DNA of 64,000 nucleotides. It comes from Bacteroidales bacterium (GTDB lineage: Bacteria; Bacteroidota; Bacteroidia; Bacteroidales; Tenuifilaceae). Of the stretch, positions 20,212 to 30,879 are shown in pieces; positions within the stretch are counted from its first letter, which is position 1; the number at the start of each line of letters is the position of its first letter. The translations under genes were made by a program, and so were the position numbers. The stretch covers positions 15,566-79,565 of the forward strand of contig JBKHAH010000003.1 in the NCBI GenBank assembly GCA_046542995.1, read 5' to 3'. Below the pieces are notes generated by a model. The model did no database searches. It saw nothing but the letters and a program-made list of their open reading frames with translations, and was not told where the DNA came from.

Positions 20212-21927
20212 CTATACTGTTTGTACCAAGGCATCTTTTACTACTCTGCGCTTATTGTTTGCCCTTAGCCAGGCCAAAACAGATGGTTGTTTCTCGTGCT
20301 GTAAAGATATAAGCTCTTTCATGTTGCCGCTTTCAACAATCTCAATGGCCCTGATAAGCGTGTTGTCTATTTTACTAATTATTGGGTAGAACCCTTCGTT
20401 ATCAATAATATTCCTAGCAATGTATGCTTTTAGCTGCGTTTCTAAAACCTCTTTTGAGGTTTCAATTTGTTTATAATTTGGTTCTATGCCATTTTCATTT
20501 GCGAAAAGAATAAACTTATCAAGTATCTTTTGTTTTTCAAGATAATTCTCTATGCCGCTAGCATTGTTAAATTCTGAAAGTTCACTTCTGTTTTTATCGG
20601 CGTATTCAAATGCGTATCTGTAAATTATATTTCTTCTGGCAACCTGGTTAAAGTAGGGTGTTATGCCTGATGTGTCAAGTGGGATAAAGAAATCCGGCAT
20701 AATACCGCCCCCACCATAAACAGTCCTGCCACCCAGGGTTGTGAATTTTAAGGAGTCATCCAGATGGATGCTGTCGCGCTCTTGAAACTCTCCGTGGATG
20801 TACCTGTTACTAATGTCGTAATAATAATCATCAATTCCTTTCTCGTAAGGCTTCTGAATGCTTCGTCCTGTGGGTGTGTAATAGCGCGCAATGGTTAGTC
20901 GAACTGCTGAACCATCAGAAAATTGTATCTGTTCTTGAACCAGCCCTTTACCAAATGAACGACGACCGATGACTGCTCCCCTGTCGTTATCCTGCATGGC
21001 TCCTGCCAGGATCTCACTTGCAGATGCTGAGAACTCATCGAGTAGAACGGCAACTTCGGTGTTTAGGCATCTTCCCTTTGCGTTGGAATAAATATTTTGG
21101 CGGGGTCGTGCCTTCCCCTCAGTATAAACAATAAGTTTCCCTTCGGGTAAGAACTCGTTCGCAATGTTGGTGGCCGCATCCATGTATCCTCCGTTGTTCC
21201 CACGGAGATCGATAATGAGTTTCTGCATCCCTTTGTCTTGCAGTTTATCAACTGCCTCTATAAACTCTTGGTAGGTAGTTCGCGCAAAGCGGGAAATTTT
21301 TATGTATCCAATATCTTCCTTAATCATGTAGCTAACATCAACGCTGTAAATGGGAATTTTGTCGCGAATTATTTCGAAAGTAATAGGTTCCTTCTCTCCC
21401 TTTCTTTTTATGCCAACCTTTACCTTTGTGTCGTTAGGCCCCTTCAGCATTTTTACAATATCATTCTGGTCAATGTTAACACCCGCAACGGTTGAGTCGT
21501 CAATTGTCACAATTCTATCCCCGGGGATTATACCTACTCGCTCCGATGGGCCTCCTGGTATGGTAGTTATAACTATAATCGTATCGTCAGGCATATTGAA
21601 TGTTATGCCAATCCCGTCAAACCCCCCGTCAAGGGGTTCGTTAACCTGTTGAAGATCAGATGCTGGTATGTATACTGAGTGTGGATCCAGATTCTCCAGA
21701 ACTGTGGGAATTGTCGATTCAACGAGGTCGTGCATGGAAACAGTGTCAACATACTGCCCCTCTATGTACTTTAGGATGCTATTGAGTTTGTCTGTCCGTG
21801 GACTAACAGTTAGACTTGTTCTTCCTGGCTCTTTTCTCAGATTACTGCCAATAAGTATTCCAATCACCATAACAATTGCAATGGCAATGGGGTAGATAAT
21901 ATCTTTCTTTCTGTTGTTATATATCAT
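20212..21927 (-). CDS. S41-family C-terminal processing peptidase with PDZ domain
   Basis: 571 aa. N-terminal TM, PDZ (GGPSERVGIIPGDRIVTID), DLRGNNGGY, catalytic-Ser region SASASEILAGA. Confidence 0.9.
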   Translation of the reverse strand: MIYNNRKKDIIYPIAIAIVMVIGILIGSNLRKEPGRTSLTVSPRTDKLNSILKYIEGQYVDTVSMHDLVESTIPTVLENLDPHSVYIPASDLQQVNEPLDGGFDGIGITFNMPDDTIIVITTIPGGPSERVGIIPGDRIVTIDDSTVAGVNIDQNDIVKMLKGPNDTKVKVGIKRKGEKEPITFEIIRDKIPIYSVDVSYMIKEDIGYIKISRFARTTYQEFIEAVDKLQDKGMQKLIIDLRGNNGGYMDAATNIANEFLPEGKLIVYTEGKARPRQNIYSNAKGRCLNTEVAVLLDEFSASASEILAGAMQDNDRGAVIGRRSFGKGLVQEQIQFSDGSAVRLTIARYYTPTGRSIQKPYEKGIDDYYYDISNRYIHGEFQERDSIHLDDSLKFTTLGGRTVYGGGGIMPDFFIPLDTSGITPYFNQVARRNIIYRYAFEYADKNRSELSEFNNASGIENYLEKQKILDKFILFANENGIEPNYKQIETSKEVLETQLKAYIARNIIDNEGFYPIISKIDNTLIRAIEIVESGNMKELISLQHEKQPSVLAWLRANNKRRVVKDALVQTV

Positions 21928-22079
21928 TATTCCAGTATTTTACAGGAGTAAAATTGTGGTATTACGTAATGTTTCATACCACTTGTTTAACAAAACATCA
22001 AAGTTAATGTTTTGGATGGAAATGTTAACCTATGTTTGTTAACGAAGCAAATATTTAACCCTTTTTTACGGTATGAGTA

Positions 22080-22523
22080 TTAACCCAACTTTACAACTTC
22101 AATGCCTGCACGGCGAAGTAATTCAATTCCTTCTGTTGCTCTGTAGTCATCGCTATAAACTACCCTTTTAATACCCGCTTGAATAATTAGTTTTGAACAC
22201 TCCATGCATGGGGCAGAAGTTACGTAAAGGGTTGCTCCCTGACTACTATTATTTGATTTGGCAACTTTTGTTATTGCGTTAGCCTCGGCGTGTAGCACGT
22301 ATGGTTTGGTTTTCCCCTCTTCGTCCTCGCAAATATTTTCAAAGCCCGATGGGGTGCCATTGTAGCCGTCGGAAATTATCATTTTATCTTTTACAATGAG
22401 CGCACCAACTTGCCTGCGAATGCAGTATGAGTTTATGGCCCAAATATGAGCCATTTCAAGGTAGCGCTTATCAAAGTCGGGCTGCTTATCACCGTATGGG
22501 TAAAGGTTTGTTTCTGATGACAT
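22080..22523 (-). CDS. dCMP deaminase (ComEB-like)
   Basis: Zinc motifs HAEANAI and PCMECSKLI. Start at MSSETNLYPY; longer ORF reaches 22598. Confidence 0.85.
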   Translation of the reverse strand: MSSETNLYPYGDKQPDFDKRYLEMAHIWAINSYCIRRQVGALIVKDKMIISDGYNGTPSGFENICEDEEGKTKPYVLHAEANAITKVAKSNNSSQGATLYVTSAPCMECSKLIIQAGIKRVVYSDDYRATEGIELLRRAGIEVVKLG

Positions 22524-22624
22524 ATACAATTTTTTATTGGGTATCAAAGGTAAAGAAAATTCTTTTGTGAGCCGATTAAAAATTAAAGGGTGCCTCATGA
22601 TATTGAGACACCCTTTAATTTTTG

Positions 22625-22708
22625 TACCCGGAGCCGGGATCGAACCGGCACGGTATTGCTACCACTGGTGTTTGAGACCAGCGCGTCTACCAATTCCGCC
22701 ATCCGGGC
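22625..22708 (-). tRNA. tRNA-Leu (anticodon CAA)
   Basis: The reverse complement folds as a class-II tRNA: acceptor GCCCGGA/TCCGGGT, anticodon loop CTCAAAC, long variable arm, T-arm GGTTCGATCC. No encoded CCA. Confidence 0.9.
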
Positions 22709-22767
22709 ATTTTATTAGTTTTTCTTGGGGTGCGAATATACTGTGTTTTTTTGTTATGGGCAAAAAG

Positions 22768-22788
22768 TTTGCTTAATCAATAAGCAAA
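22768..22788 (-). terminator. Rho-independent terminator downstream of dxs
   Basis: TTTGCTTA-loop-TAAGCAAA hairpin followed by CTTTTTG on the minus-strand transcript. Confidence 0.5.
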
Positions 22789-22796
22789 AAAATGCC

Positions 22797-24716
22797 TTAA
22801 ACAACTTTTCCTATCAATTTTGGTGAGGCTATTCGTAATGCTGCATTATAAACGCCTGCTGCATCTATGCCACATTCTTTGTATAGTTCCTGTAGGGTTC
22901 CATGCTCAATAAAACGGTCGGGTATGCCAAGCCTTACAATGCGGGTACTTAAACCGTTATCGTTAAACCACTCAAGCACTGCAGAGCCAAATCCTCCTTG
23001 CAGAACACCATCCTCAAGGGTAATGATGGTTTTAAAACGTTTGCCAATGCTTTTTAAGAGGTTTGTATCAAGAGGCTTAACAAAGCGCATATCGTAATGA
23101 GCCACGCTTACGCCTTTTGCCGCTAATTTTTCTGCTGCATTGGCTGCTTGCATCCCTAGCGGACCAAGTGAAAGAATTGCAATATCAGAACCTTCCCTAA
23201 GGAGTTTTCCTGTACCAACCTCAATAGTTCGCAGCGGTTTTTTCCAATTTGCCATTGAGCCAGTACCTCTTGGGTATCGAATGCTCCAAGCCCCCATATC
23301 CTTTTGCTGGGCGGTGTACATCATATTTCGCAGCTCCTCTTCGTTTAGAGGTGAGCAGATGGTTAGGTTGGGAATGCTTCTCATGTATGCAATATCAAAA
23401 ACTCCGTGATGCGTTGCACCATCTTCGCCAACCAATCCGCCACGGTCAAGGCAAAATACTACGTTGAGTTTTTGAAGGGCAACATCGTGGACAACCTGAT
23501 CGTAAGCTCTTTGCATAAATGATGAGTAGATATTGCAGAAAGGCACCAGTCCTTCTGCTGCCAGACCAGCAGCAAATGTAACGGCATGTTGCTCTGCAAT
23601 TCCTACGTCAAAAGTTCTGTCAGGCATCTTTTCCATCATAATGTTGAGCGAGCAGCCCGTAGGCATTGCAGGTGTAATTCCAACTATCTTCTCATTCTGC
23701 TCAGCGAGCTCAACAAGCGTATGTCCAAAAACATCCTGAAAACGGGGAGGTGATGGCTTATCCGTTTTAACGGTAATGCGCTCACCTGTTAGCTTGTCGA
23801 ATATTCCCGGAGCATGCCACATGGTTTGGTTCTGCTCGGCTGGAGAGAATCCTTTGCCTTTAACGGTAACACAATGGAGTAGTTTTGGCCCGGGAATGCT
23901 CTTTAAATCGTTTAATACCTGGGTTAGATAAACCACATCGTGCCCGTCAACAGGCCCAAAATACCTAAATCCTAAAGATTCAAACAGGTTACTTTGCTTT
24001 AGCAGGGCAGATTTTATTGCATTCTCAAGCTTCTGAACCATTGAGCGGGCGCTTGGTCCCACTTTGTTAAGCTTACCCATGAGGTTCCACACCTCATTTT
24101 TGAACTTGTTGTATGTTTGCGATGTTGTAATATCAAGCAGATACTCTTTGAGTGCCCCCACGTTGGGATCTATGGCCATATTGTTGTCGTTTAAAATGAC
24201 CAGTAGGTTTGAATTTTGCGAACCTCCATTATTAAGACCCTCGAAGGCTAACCCTGCCGTCATAGAGCCGTCTCCAATAATTGCAACGGTTTGCTTCTCA
24301 TCTTTTTTTAATTCTGATGCCACTGCCATGCCAAGTGCAGCAGATATAGATGTAGAGCTGTGACCCGTTCCAAAGGAGTCGAATTTACTTTCGTCACGTT
24401 TAGGGAAACCGCTTATACCTTTGTATTTTCTATTTGTATGGAAAACATCTTTTCTGCCGGTAAGTATTTTATGACCATACGCCTGGTGCCCAACATCCCA
24501 AATAATCCTATCGTTGGGCGTATTAAACACATAATGTAGCGCAACCGTTAACTCCACTACACCTAGGCTTGCTCCAAAGTGACCCGGATTGTTAGAAACC
24601 ACATCAATTATAAACTGACGCAGTTCCTGACTTACTCCAACCAAATCTTCAGTCTGAAGTTTTTTTAAGTCATCAGGAGAATTAATGTTTTGTAAAAATG
24701 AATGTTGCGTATTCAT
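22797..24716 (-). CDS. dxs: 1-deoxy-D-xylulose-5-phosphate synthase
   Basis: 639 aa. [19 protein letters not shown] motif [27 protein letters not shown]. Confidence 0.95.
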   Translation of the reverse strand: MNTQHSFLQNINSPDDLKKLQTEDLVGVSQELRQFIIDVVSNNPGHFGASLGVVELTVALHYVFNTPNDRIIWDVGHQAYGHKILTGRKDVFHTNRKYKGISGFPKRDESKFDSFGTGHSSTSISAALGMAVASELKKDEKQTVAIIGDGSMTAGLAFEGLNNGGSQNSNLLVILNDNNMAIDPNVGALKEYLLDITTSQTYNKFKNEVWNLMGKLNKVGPSARSMVQKLENAIKSALLKQSNLFESLGFRYFGPVDGHDVVYLTQVLNDLKSIPGPKLLHCVTVKGKGFSPAEQNQTMWHAPGIFDKLTGERITVKTDKPSPPRFQDVFGHTLVELAEQNEKIVGITPAMPTGCSLNIMMEKMPDRTFDVGIAEQHAVTFAAGLAAEGLVPFCNIYSSFMQRAYDQVVHDVALQKLNVVFCLDRGGLVGEDGATHHGVFDIAYMRSIPNLTICSPLNEEELRNMMYTAQQKDMGAWSIRYPRGTGSMANWKKPLRTIEVGTGKLLREGSDIAILSLGPLGMQAANAAEKLAAKGVSVAHYDMRFVKPLDTNLLKSIGKRFKTIITLEDGVLQGGFGSAVLEWFNDNGLSTRIVRLGIPDRFIEHGTLQELYKECGIDAAGVYNAALRIASPKLIGKVV

Positions 24717-24732
24717 AGTTTTTTGTTAACCG

Positions 24733-24740
24733 CAAAGTTA
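24733..24740 (-). promoter_or_regulatory. Candidate -7 box (TAACTTTG on minus strand) for dxs
   Basis: Plus strand CAAAGTTA 17 nt upstream of the start codon; implies a very short leader. Confidence 0.3.
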
Positions 24741-24878
24741 TAACAAATTTAAAAAATAAAGTTGTTATAACTAAACGTCAAACAACATTTAATAGTTTAA
24801 ACTATTTCAAAAAAAGGCATTGTTAATAAATTATTATAACAGCAAGATGCACTTAAGTGTTTAAATTCCTATTATTCT

Positions 24879-24886
24879 TATATTTG
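24879..24886 (+). promoter_or_regulatory. Candidate -7 box (TATATTTG) for the OmpA-family gene
   Basis: TAnnTTTG match 43 nt upstream of ATG 24929. Confidence 0.35.
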
Positions 24887-24928
24887 TAATAAATATAATA
24901 ATGACCCTATTTTCCTAAATTATTAACC

Positions 24929-25960
24929 ATGAAAAGAATAGGATATTTTACATCCATGCTGGTTTTTTTTGCAATTGTAATGAGTGCCTGTGTTCCAGCC
25001 AAGGAGTTTCAAGCATTGCAAGACAAGAATGTTAAATGTGAAGAGGAGAGGGAGCGTTTTTCAATAGAAAATGAAGCGCTTGAGATTAATAATAAGGAGC
25101 TTGAAACGAAATACAAGGTTTTAAAATCTGAAGTTGATCAGCTCGTTTCCGACAGCTTGTCACGCTCAGTAGAGTTAAACAGATTAAAAGATCAGAATCA
25201 GCGCCTAGAGAGTAGATACGGGGAGTTGCAAGAACTTCAGGAGAACTTTATGGCTGGTAGCCAAAAAGAGACCAGAAGGGTGCTCTCTGAACTTCAAGAA
25301 ACGCAAGAGGAATTGCAAGTGAAGGAGGATGCCCTTAAAGAACTTGAGCGCCAGCTAAATCTAAGAAGGCGAAATCTTGAGGAGTTACAATCCTATCTTA
25401 ATGGGTTAAAGACCGATTTAGATGAGCGCAATGCAAGGATTCAGGAGATGGAGCAAATACTTGCCAGAAAGGATTCCGCTGTAATGGCTCTGCGCAAAAC
25501 CGTATCGGATGCACTCTTTGGTTTTGAGGGCGAGGGGCTAACGGTTAAACTTAAAAATGGCAAGGTATACGTGTCTTTAGATGAGCAGCTGATGTTTAAA
25601 TCGGCTAGCCATGTGGTTGATGCCAATGGGAAGAAAGCTTTAAGGCAGCTTGTGCCTGTGCTTGAGGATCATCCAGATATCAACATCGTTGTGGAGGGGC
25701 ATACCGATGACCTTGCTTTCCCCCCGCGCGGAGAATTGCTTGACAATTGGGATCTAAGCGTTAAGCGAGCCACCTCAATTGTTAGGATTCTGCTTGAAGG
25801 CTCTAGTATTGACCCTGCCCGTGTTGCCGCATCGGGGCGCAGTGAGTTTCATCCTGTTGATATGAAGAAGACACCTGAGGCAAGGCAGAAGAATAGGAGG
25901 ACGGAAATTATTCTTACACCAAAGCTTGATGAGCTTTTCGAAATACTTGAAACTATTTAG
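24929..25960 (+). CDS. OmpA/MotB-family lipoprotein with long coiled coil
   Basis: Lipobox VMSAC. About 170-aa heptad-rich E/L/K/Q region. C-terminal OmpA-like peptidoglycan-binding domain (GHTD...NWDLSVKRA...NRRTEI). Confidence 0.8.
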   Translation: MKRIGYFTSMLVFFAIVMSACVPAKEFQALQDKNVKCEEERERFSIENEALEINNKELETKYKVLKSEVDQLVSDSLSRSVELNRLKDQNQRLESRYGELQELQENFMAGSQKETRRVLSELQETQEELQVKEDALKELERQLNLRRRNLEELQSYLNGLKTDLDERNARIQEMEQILARKDSAVMALRKTVSDALFGFEGEGLTVKLKNGKVYVSLDEQLMFKSASHVVDANGKKALRQLVPVLEDHPDINIVVEGHTDDLAFPPRGELLDNWDLSVKRATSIVRILLEGSSIDPARVAASGRSEFHPVDMKKTPEARQKNRRTEIILTPKLDELFEILETI

Positions 25961-25999
25961 CAATAAATCTACTGAATTAACAGTATAAGGTTTGAATTA

Positions 26000-27016
26000 T
26001 TGAAAGAACTTCGCCTTTACTTGTCGCACCTTACGTTTGGTAGGGTAGTAAATCTTGCTCTTTGTGGAATAGGCTATACTTTTTCACGCTTGTTTCGCAA
26101 ACCTATTCTACTTGGTATGCCCTATAGCGTTTCCCTAGAACCAACTACAAGATGTAACCTGCTTTGTCCTGAGTGCCCAACAGGAGCCAGAACCCTTAAA
26201 AGATTAGGTGGTGATATGGAACTTAATCTATATAAAAATATTATTGATCAAATCTCACCATACTCAACAACAGTACTTTTACATTTTCAGGGTGAGCCCC
26301 TGTTAAGTACCAATCTTGTTAATATGGTTCAGTACGCAACATCTAAAAGACTAATTACAGAGATTGCTACAAATGCCACCCTGCTCACTTACCCTTTAGC
26401 AAGCAATTTGGTTGATGCTGGTGTAAAAAAGATAGTTGTAACGCTTGATAGTACTAATGAGCATGATTTTGGGTTTTATAGGAAAGGTGCCAACTTCAAG
26501 AATGTTGTGAGTGGAGTGAGTAATCTGATTAGAGCAAGAGAATTGGGTAAAAAAAAGTACCCTATGGTGGTGCTTGAATTGCTCGCGTTTAAACGGAGTC
26601 TTGATGATATTGATAGGTTTATAGCGCTTGGTAAGCAGCTTAGGGTTGATAAGTTGAGAATAAAATCGGTACAGGTTACCTCAGGGAAAGATGCGTATAA
26701 TGAGATACCCATTAACACGCGCTATAGTCGCTATAAAATTAATGTTAACCAAACCATTACGTTAAAGAGTAATATAAATAAACCTTGCCCAAACCCGTGG
26801 TTTAAGTTTTCTGTTTATTACGATGGCAGTATGGTTCCCTGTTGTTTTGATAAGTCCGGCGATCATATTCTTGGTAATGCGCAGGATGTGCGAAATGCAT
26901 GGATATCAAGAAAGTATAATGATTTCAGAAAAAAATTACTTGCGAATCGTAATGCAATTCCGTTATGTTCGCAATGCCCACAAGGGAGATTTAAACTGGA
27001 TTTTAAAGTGGATTGA
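26000..27016 (+). CDS. Radical SAM / SPASM-domain protein
   Basis: CxxxCxxC cluster EPTTRCNLLCPECP. C-terminal Cys-rich SPASM-like region (CPNPW...VPCCFD...CSQCPQG). TTG start per ORF track. Confidence 0.8.
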   Translation: MKELRLYLSHLTFGRVVNLALCGIGYTFSRLFRKPILLGMPYSVSLEPTTRCNLLCPECPTGARTLKRLGGDMELNLYKNIIDQISPYSTTVLLHFQGEPLLSTNLVNMVQYATSKRLITEIATNATLLTYPLASNLVDAGVKKIVVTLDSTNEHDFGFYRKGANFKNVVSGVSNLIRARELGKKKYPMVVLELLAFKRSLDDIDRFIALGKQLRVDKLRIKSVQVTSGKDAYNEIPINTRYSRYKINVNQTITLKSNINKPCPNPWFKFSVYYDGSMVPCCFDKSGDHILGNAQDVRNAWISRKYNDFRKKLLANRNAIPLCSQCPQGRFKLDFKVD

Positions 27017-27058
27017 TTGTTTGTCTTTATTGGTTTTAATAACTTTAAAAAAAATACT

Positions 27059-28219
27059 ATGAGAAGAAAAATACTTTTATCCGTTATTGCCATAGTTGTC
27101 CTCGCTTTGGGCATATTTCTGTCTATTCCTCAGAATCATTACGTAACAAAAGCGCTGCGCTACCAAAAGGCAAAAATACATCATTATAAAATTTTTGAAA
27201 ATAGGGCTGTAAAAGCAGAATCACCAGAGCCCTGGAAATTACATCAAGATTATAACGAGTACACACTTACTCCTGATCAAGAGGAAAATTTAAATAAATA
27301 CCGTACGGTTGCTTTCTTAATGGCAAAGGATTCTTTACTGCTGTTTGAGAAGTATTGGGAGGATTACGGATCGGATTCGTATTCCAACTCATTTTCAATG
27401 GCAAAAAGTTTCATTAGTTTATTGATTGGATGTGCCATTGATGATGGCTATATTAAAAGTCTCGATCAGCCTGTTGCCGATTTTATTCCCGAATTTTCAG
27501 AAGGGGATAAGTCAAAAATCACCATTCGCCACTTGCTTACCATGAGTTCAGGTTTAAGTTGGGATGAGGCGTATGCCAGCCTCTTCTCTACAACAACTAA
27601 AGCGTACTATGGGAAATATCTGCGTGAATTGGTGCTTGATCAGGAGGTTGTATCAGAACCTGGCAAGGAATTTAACTACTTGAGTGGAGATACCCAGCTG
27701 CTATCAATAGTTCTTGCTGAAGCAACTGGTAAAAGCTTGAGTGAGTATATGTCGGATAAAATTTGGAGCAAAATTGGTGCGGAGCATGATGCCCTGTGGA
27801 GCCTTGATAAGGAGAACGGCATTGAGAAAGCTTACTGCTGTTTTAACACCAATGCAAGAGATTTTGCTCGTATTGGCAGGTTGGTGCTTAATAAGGGAAA
27901 TTGGAATGGGGAGCAGCTAGTTCCCAAGAAATACCTTGAGGAAACCTTAAAGCGAACAACCTATTTGACCGATAAAGAGTTGGGAGGAATACCAACCGAG
28001 AGGTATGGTCATCAATGGTGGTTTACCAATCATAAAGGTTATAATGTTATTTTTGCCAGAGGAATTCTGGGACAATACATTTTTATTGTACCAGAGCTTG
28101 ATATTGTTGCTGTAAGACTGGGGCATTTGAGAAGCGAAGAGCGAATTGGCGGTCAGCCAATTGATATTTTTGCTTACCTTGATATTATGATGGATGTAAA
28201 TAACTTTACGCAGGAATAA
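27059..28219 (+). CDS. Serine hydrolase (beta-lactamase / PBP4*-like family), membrane-anchored
   Basis: N-terminal anchor, SxxK motif SMAKS, YxN-like YLSGD. Start at MRRKILLSV; ORF-track TTG at 27017 abuts the rSAM stop. Confidence 0.75.
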   Translation: MRRKILLSVIAIVVLALGIFLSIPQNHYVTKALRYQKAKIHHYKIFENRAVKAESPEPWKLHQDYNEYTLTPDQEENLNKYRTVAFLMAKDSLLLFEKYWEDYGSDSYSNSFSMAKSFISLLIGCAIDDGYIKSLDQPVADFIPEFSEGDKSKITIRHLLTMSSGLSWDEAYASLFSTTTKAYYGKYLRELVLDQEVVSEPGKEFNYLSGDTQLLSIVLAEATGKSLSEYMSDKIWSKIGAEHDALWSLDKENGIEKAYCCFNTNARDFARIGRLVLNKGNWNGEQLVPKKYLEETLKRTTYLTDKELGGIPTERYGHQWWFTNHKGYNVIFARGILGQYIFIVPELDIVAVRLGHLRSEERIGGQPIDIFAYLDIMMDVNNFTQE

Positions 28220-28251
28220 AGATCTAGTATTTAATATTTTATTGCTATAAA

Positions 28252-29424
28252 ATGGAGAAATTAAGGGTTAAACTGCTTGCCTTTCCAGCGGCAGATCTTA
28301 ATGTTTACTCAAAAGGGAAGAGAAGATTACAGAAGCTTTTTCATCAGGATCAGGTTGAATTTGTAGATTCTAATCCTGAGGTTCTCGTGTTCTTAACGGG
28401 AGGTTCAGAGAGAATTGCGTTGGAATCGGTTCAGGAGTTTGGGTTCTATCTATTGCTGGCATCAGCCGATGAAAATTCATGGGCCGCTGCTACCGAAGTT
28501 AAAGCTTGGATGAATCAGAATAATATATCAAGCATTCTTGTTGACCAATCGTGCAAGTATGCAGCTTCACTGATAGACAATCTGTTTCATGTTAAAAATG
28601 GGCTCAATCAACTTAAAGGCAAGAGGTTTGGGTTGGTTGGCTCATCTTCCGAATGGCTTGTTAATTCAAACGTAAATCCTTTTATTATAAAAACAAAACT
28701 TGGCGTTGAGCAGATAGATATCCCATGGAATCAAGTAATAGTTGACGAAGATAAGAAGGTTGATGCTGATTTTATTAATTTTTTTAGGAACGACACAAAT
28801 AATGAACCGTTGCAGGCCTCAGGAAGCGTTTACGAGGCCCTTGCAAATTTGGTAAGAGACAATGGTTTAAATGCTTTAACCGTTGAGTGCTTCACTTTTA
28901 TTAATTCTTGCAATACTACTGCATGCCTTGCTCTCTCTAAATTATCGATGGATGGAATACCTGCAGGATGTGAGGGTGATATTTGCAGTATGCTTGGAAT
29001 GATGATTACATACGAACTTTTTGGGATAGTTCCCTGGCAAGCCAACGTAGGCTTTGTGAAGGATCAGAAGGTAACTTTTGCGCACTGTACTGCTCCTGCT
29101 AATATTCTAGAGCATTTTGAACTTGACACCCATTTTGAAACGGGTAAAGGTTTAGCTTTAAATGGTAAATTAAAAGCCGAGGAGGTTACAATTCTAAGGT
29201 TAGACCATACCCTTAGCAAGATGTTTATAGCCAAAGGGAAAGTAACTAAAACGCATAGTAAAGGAGCCATGTGCAGAACAAGGGTAACGGTGGAGGTGGA
29301 TGAAAGAGTAACGTCCTATTTTATAAATAATCCACTGGGGAACCACCACCTTATTATTCCCGGAGATTATGTGGTTGGCCTTGAGTTGGCCTGCAGAATG
29401 CTTAAAATGGAGCTGGTTGATTAA
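28252..29424 (+). CDS. L-fucose/L-arabinose isomerase-like family protein (function uncertain)
   Basis: 390 aa. The PAGCEGDICSMLGMMI segment resembles the conserved xACExDxxGAL motif of this isomerase superfamily. Confidence 0.45.
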   Translation: MEKLRVKLLAFPAADLNVYSKGKRRLQKLFHQDQVEFVDSNPEVLVFLTGGSERIALESVQEFGFYLLLASADENSWAAATEVKAWMNQNNISSILVDQSCKYAASLIDNLFHVKNGLNQLKGKRFGLVGSSSEWLVNSNVNPFIIKTKLGVEQIDIPWNQVIVDEDKKVDADFINFFRNDTNNEPLQASGSVYEALANLVRDNGLNALTVECFTFINSCNTTACLALSKLSMDGIPAGCEGDICSMLGMMITYELFGIVPWQANVGFVKDQKVTFAHCTAPANILEHFELDTHFETGKGLALNGKLKAEEVTILRLDHTLSKMFIAKGKVTKTHSKGAMCRTRVTVEVDERVTSYFINNPLGNHHLIIPGDYVVGLELACRMLKMELVD

Positions 29425-29471
29425 ATAGTATAAGCCTGATTTCGAGCTGAGGTTATAAGACTCAAATATAA

Positions 29472-29526
29472 AAAAATCTCATCATCTTGGTTAAGCAGAT
29501 TAGCCAACCAAAGCGATGAGATTTTT
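29472..29526. terminator. Compound bidirectional hairpin between convergent isomerase-like and frr genes
   Basis: 12-bp outer stem AAAAATCTCATC/GATGAGATTTTT enclosing the inner stem CTTGGTT/AACCAAG. Confidence 0.55.
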
Positions 29527-29540
29527 ACTTTTACGATTGC

Positions 29541-30104
29541 TTATACAGTTAAAATTTCTTCCTCCTTTTGTACGAGTAGCTCTTCAACCTTCTTATTAAA
29601 CTTGTCGGTTAATTTCTGCACCTCTTCCTCCGCATCCTTAGCAACATCCTCTGAGAGGCCATCTTTCTGCAGTTTCTTAATCTCCTCATTGGTATCACGA
29701 CGAGCATTCCTGATGCTTACGCGAGCATTCTCCCCCTCCGATTTCACCTGCTTAACCAGCTGCTTCCGCCTTTCCTCTGTAAGCGGAGGCACGGCTATAC
29801 GTATTACCTCACCGTTGTTCTGAGGATTGAACCCTAAATTTGCAGCCAGAATGGCTTTCTCAATGGGTCCAATCATGCTTTTCTCCCAGGGTTGGATAGA
29901 AATTGTACGAGCATCAAGTGTGCCCACGTTTGAAACCTGCTGAAGCGGGGTAAGGGTTCCGTAATAATCAACCATAATGTTTGTAAGCATTCCGGGATTT
30001 GCTTTCCCTGCTCTAATCACGCGTAGCTCATTTGTAAGATGCTCAATAGCTTTTTCCATTCGCTCCTTGGCATCCTCAATATACATATTAACTTCTTCGG
30101 TCAT
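29541..30104 (-). CDS. frr: Ribosome recycling factor
   Basis: 187 aa; full-length match to the RRF pattern (RAGKANPGML, PPLTEERRK). Confidence 0.95.
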   Translation of the reverse strand: MTEEVNMYIEDAKERMEKAIEHLTNELRVIRAGKANPGMLTNIMVDYYGTLTPLQQVSNVGTLDARTISIQPWEKSMIGPIEKAILAANLGFNPQNNGEVIRIAVPPLTEERRKQLVKQVKSEGENARVSIRNARRDTNEEIKKLQKDGLSEDVAKDAEEEVQKLTDKFNKKVEELLVQKEEEILTV

Positions 30105-30132
30105 GGTTTCTGAATTTTAGACTCAAAAATAT

Positions 30133-30843
30133 TTAATTTTTTATCAAAGTTCCAACATTTTCACCAAAAACTACCTTTTTTAAGTTACCAGATGTATTCA
30201 TGTCAAAAACAACTATTGGCAAATTGTTCTCGCTACACATTGTAAATGCAGTTAAATCCATCACTTTTAGCTTGCGCTGATAGGCCTCATCAAAGGTTAA
30301 GTTTTCAAATTTTTTGGCGCTTGGGTCTTTCTCCGGATCAGCCGAGTAAACGCCATCAACCCGTGTCCCTTTTAGGAGAGCCTCCGCTTCAATCTCAACG
30401 CCTCTTAACGCCGATGCTGTATCGGTTGTGAAGAATGGATTGCCTGTACCCCCAGCAATTATTGCAGCGGCACCCTGCTTGAATGCCTCAATGGCCTTCC
30501 ATTTTGAGTAAAGTTCGCCAACAGGTTCCATCTTTGTGGCTGTAAAAACCTTCGCTTTTCCTCCCTCTGCCTCAATGGCGCTTTGTAACGCCAAGCTATT
30601 AATTACGGTTGCTAGCATCCCCATCTGGTCTCCTTTTACCCTGTCAAAACCTTTTGATACTCCGCTTAGCCCTCTGAAAATGTTTCCGCCACCAATAACA
30701 ATTCCAACTTCGATACCCTTATCAGTTATTGACTTTATTTCTTTAGCATAAGCGTTAAGCACCTGCGTGTTTATGCCATACTTGTCGTTGCCCATTAAGG
30801 CCTCTCCGCTAAGTTTTAGGAGAATACGTTTATATTTTGTCAT
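30133..30843 (-). CDS. pyrH: UMP kinase
   Basis: 236 aa. YKRILLKLSGEAL, VIGGGNIFRG, GTGNPFFTTD motifs. Confidence 0.95.
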   Translation of the reverse strand: MTKYKRILLKLSGEALMGNDKYGINTQVLNAYAKEIKSITDKGIEVGIVIGGGNIFRGLSGVSKGFDRVKGDQMGMLATVINSLALQSAIEAEGGKAKVFTATKMEPVGELYSKWKAIEAFKQGAAAIIAGGTGNPFFTTDTASALRGVEIEAEALLKGTRVDGVYSADPEKDPSAKKFENLTFDEAYQRKLKVMDLTAFTMCSENNLPIVVFDMNTSGNLKKVVFGENVGTLIKN

Positions 30844-30879
30844 TATTTACGGTATTAAGGATGTGTAAATATATTAAAA

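Noticed and set aside
22537-22776. 79-aa plus-strand ORF
   Set aside because: It is the antisense read-through of tRNA-Leu(CAA). The peptide VPGAGIEPARY is simply the translated T-arm and acceptor stem.
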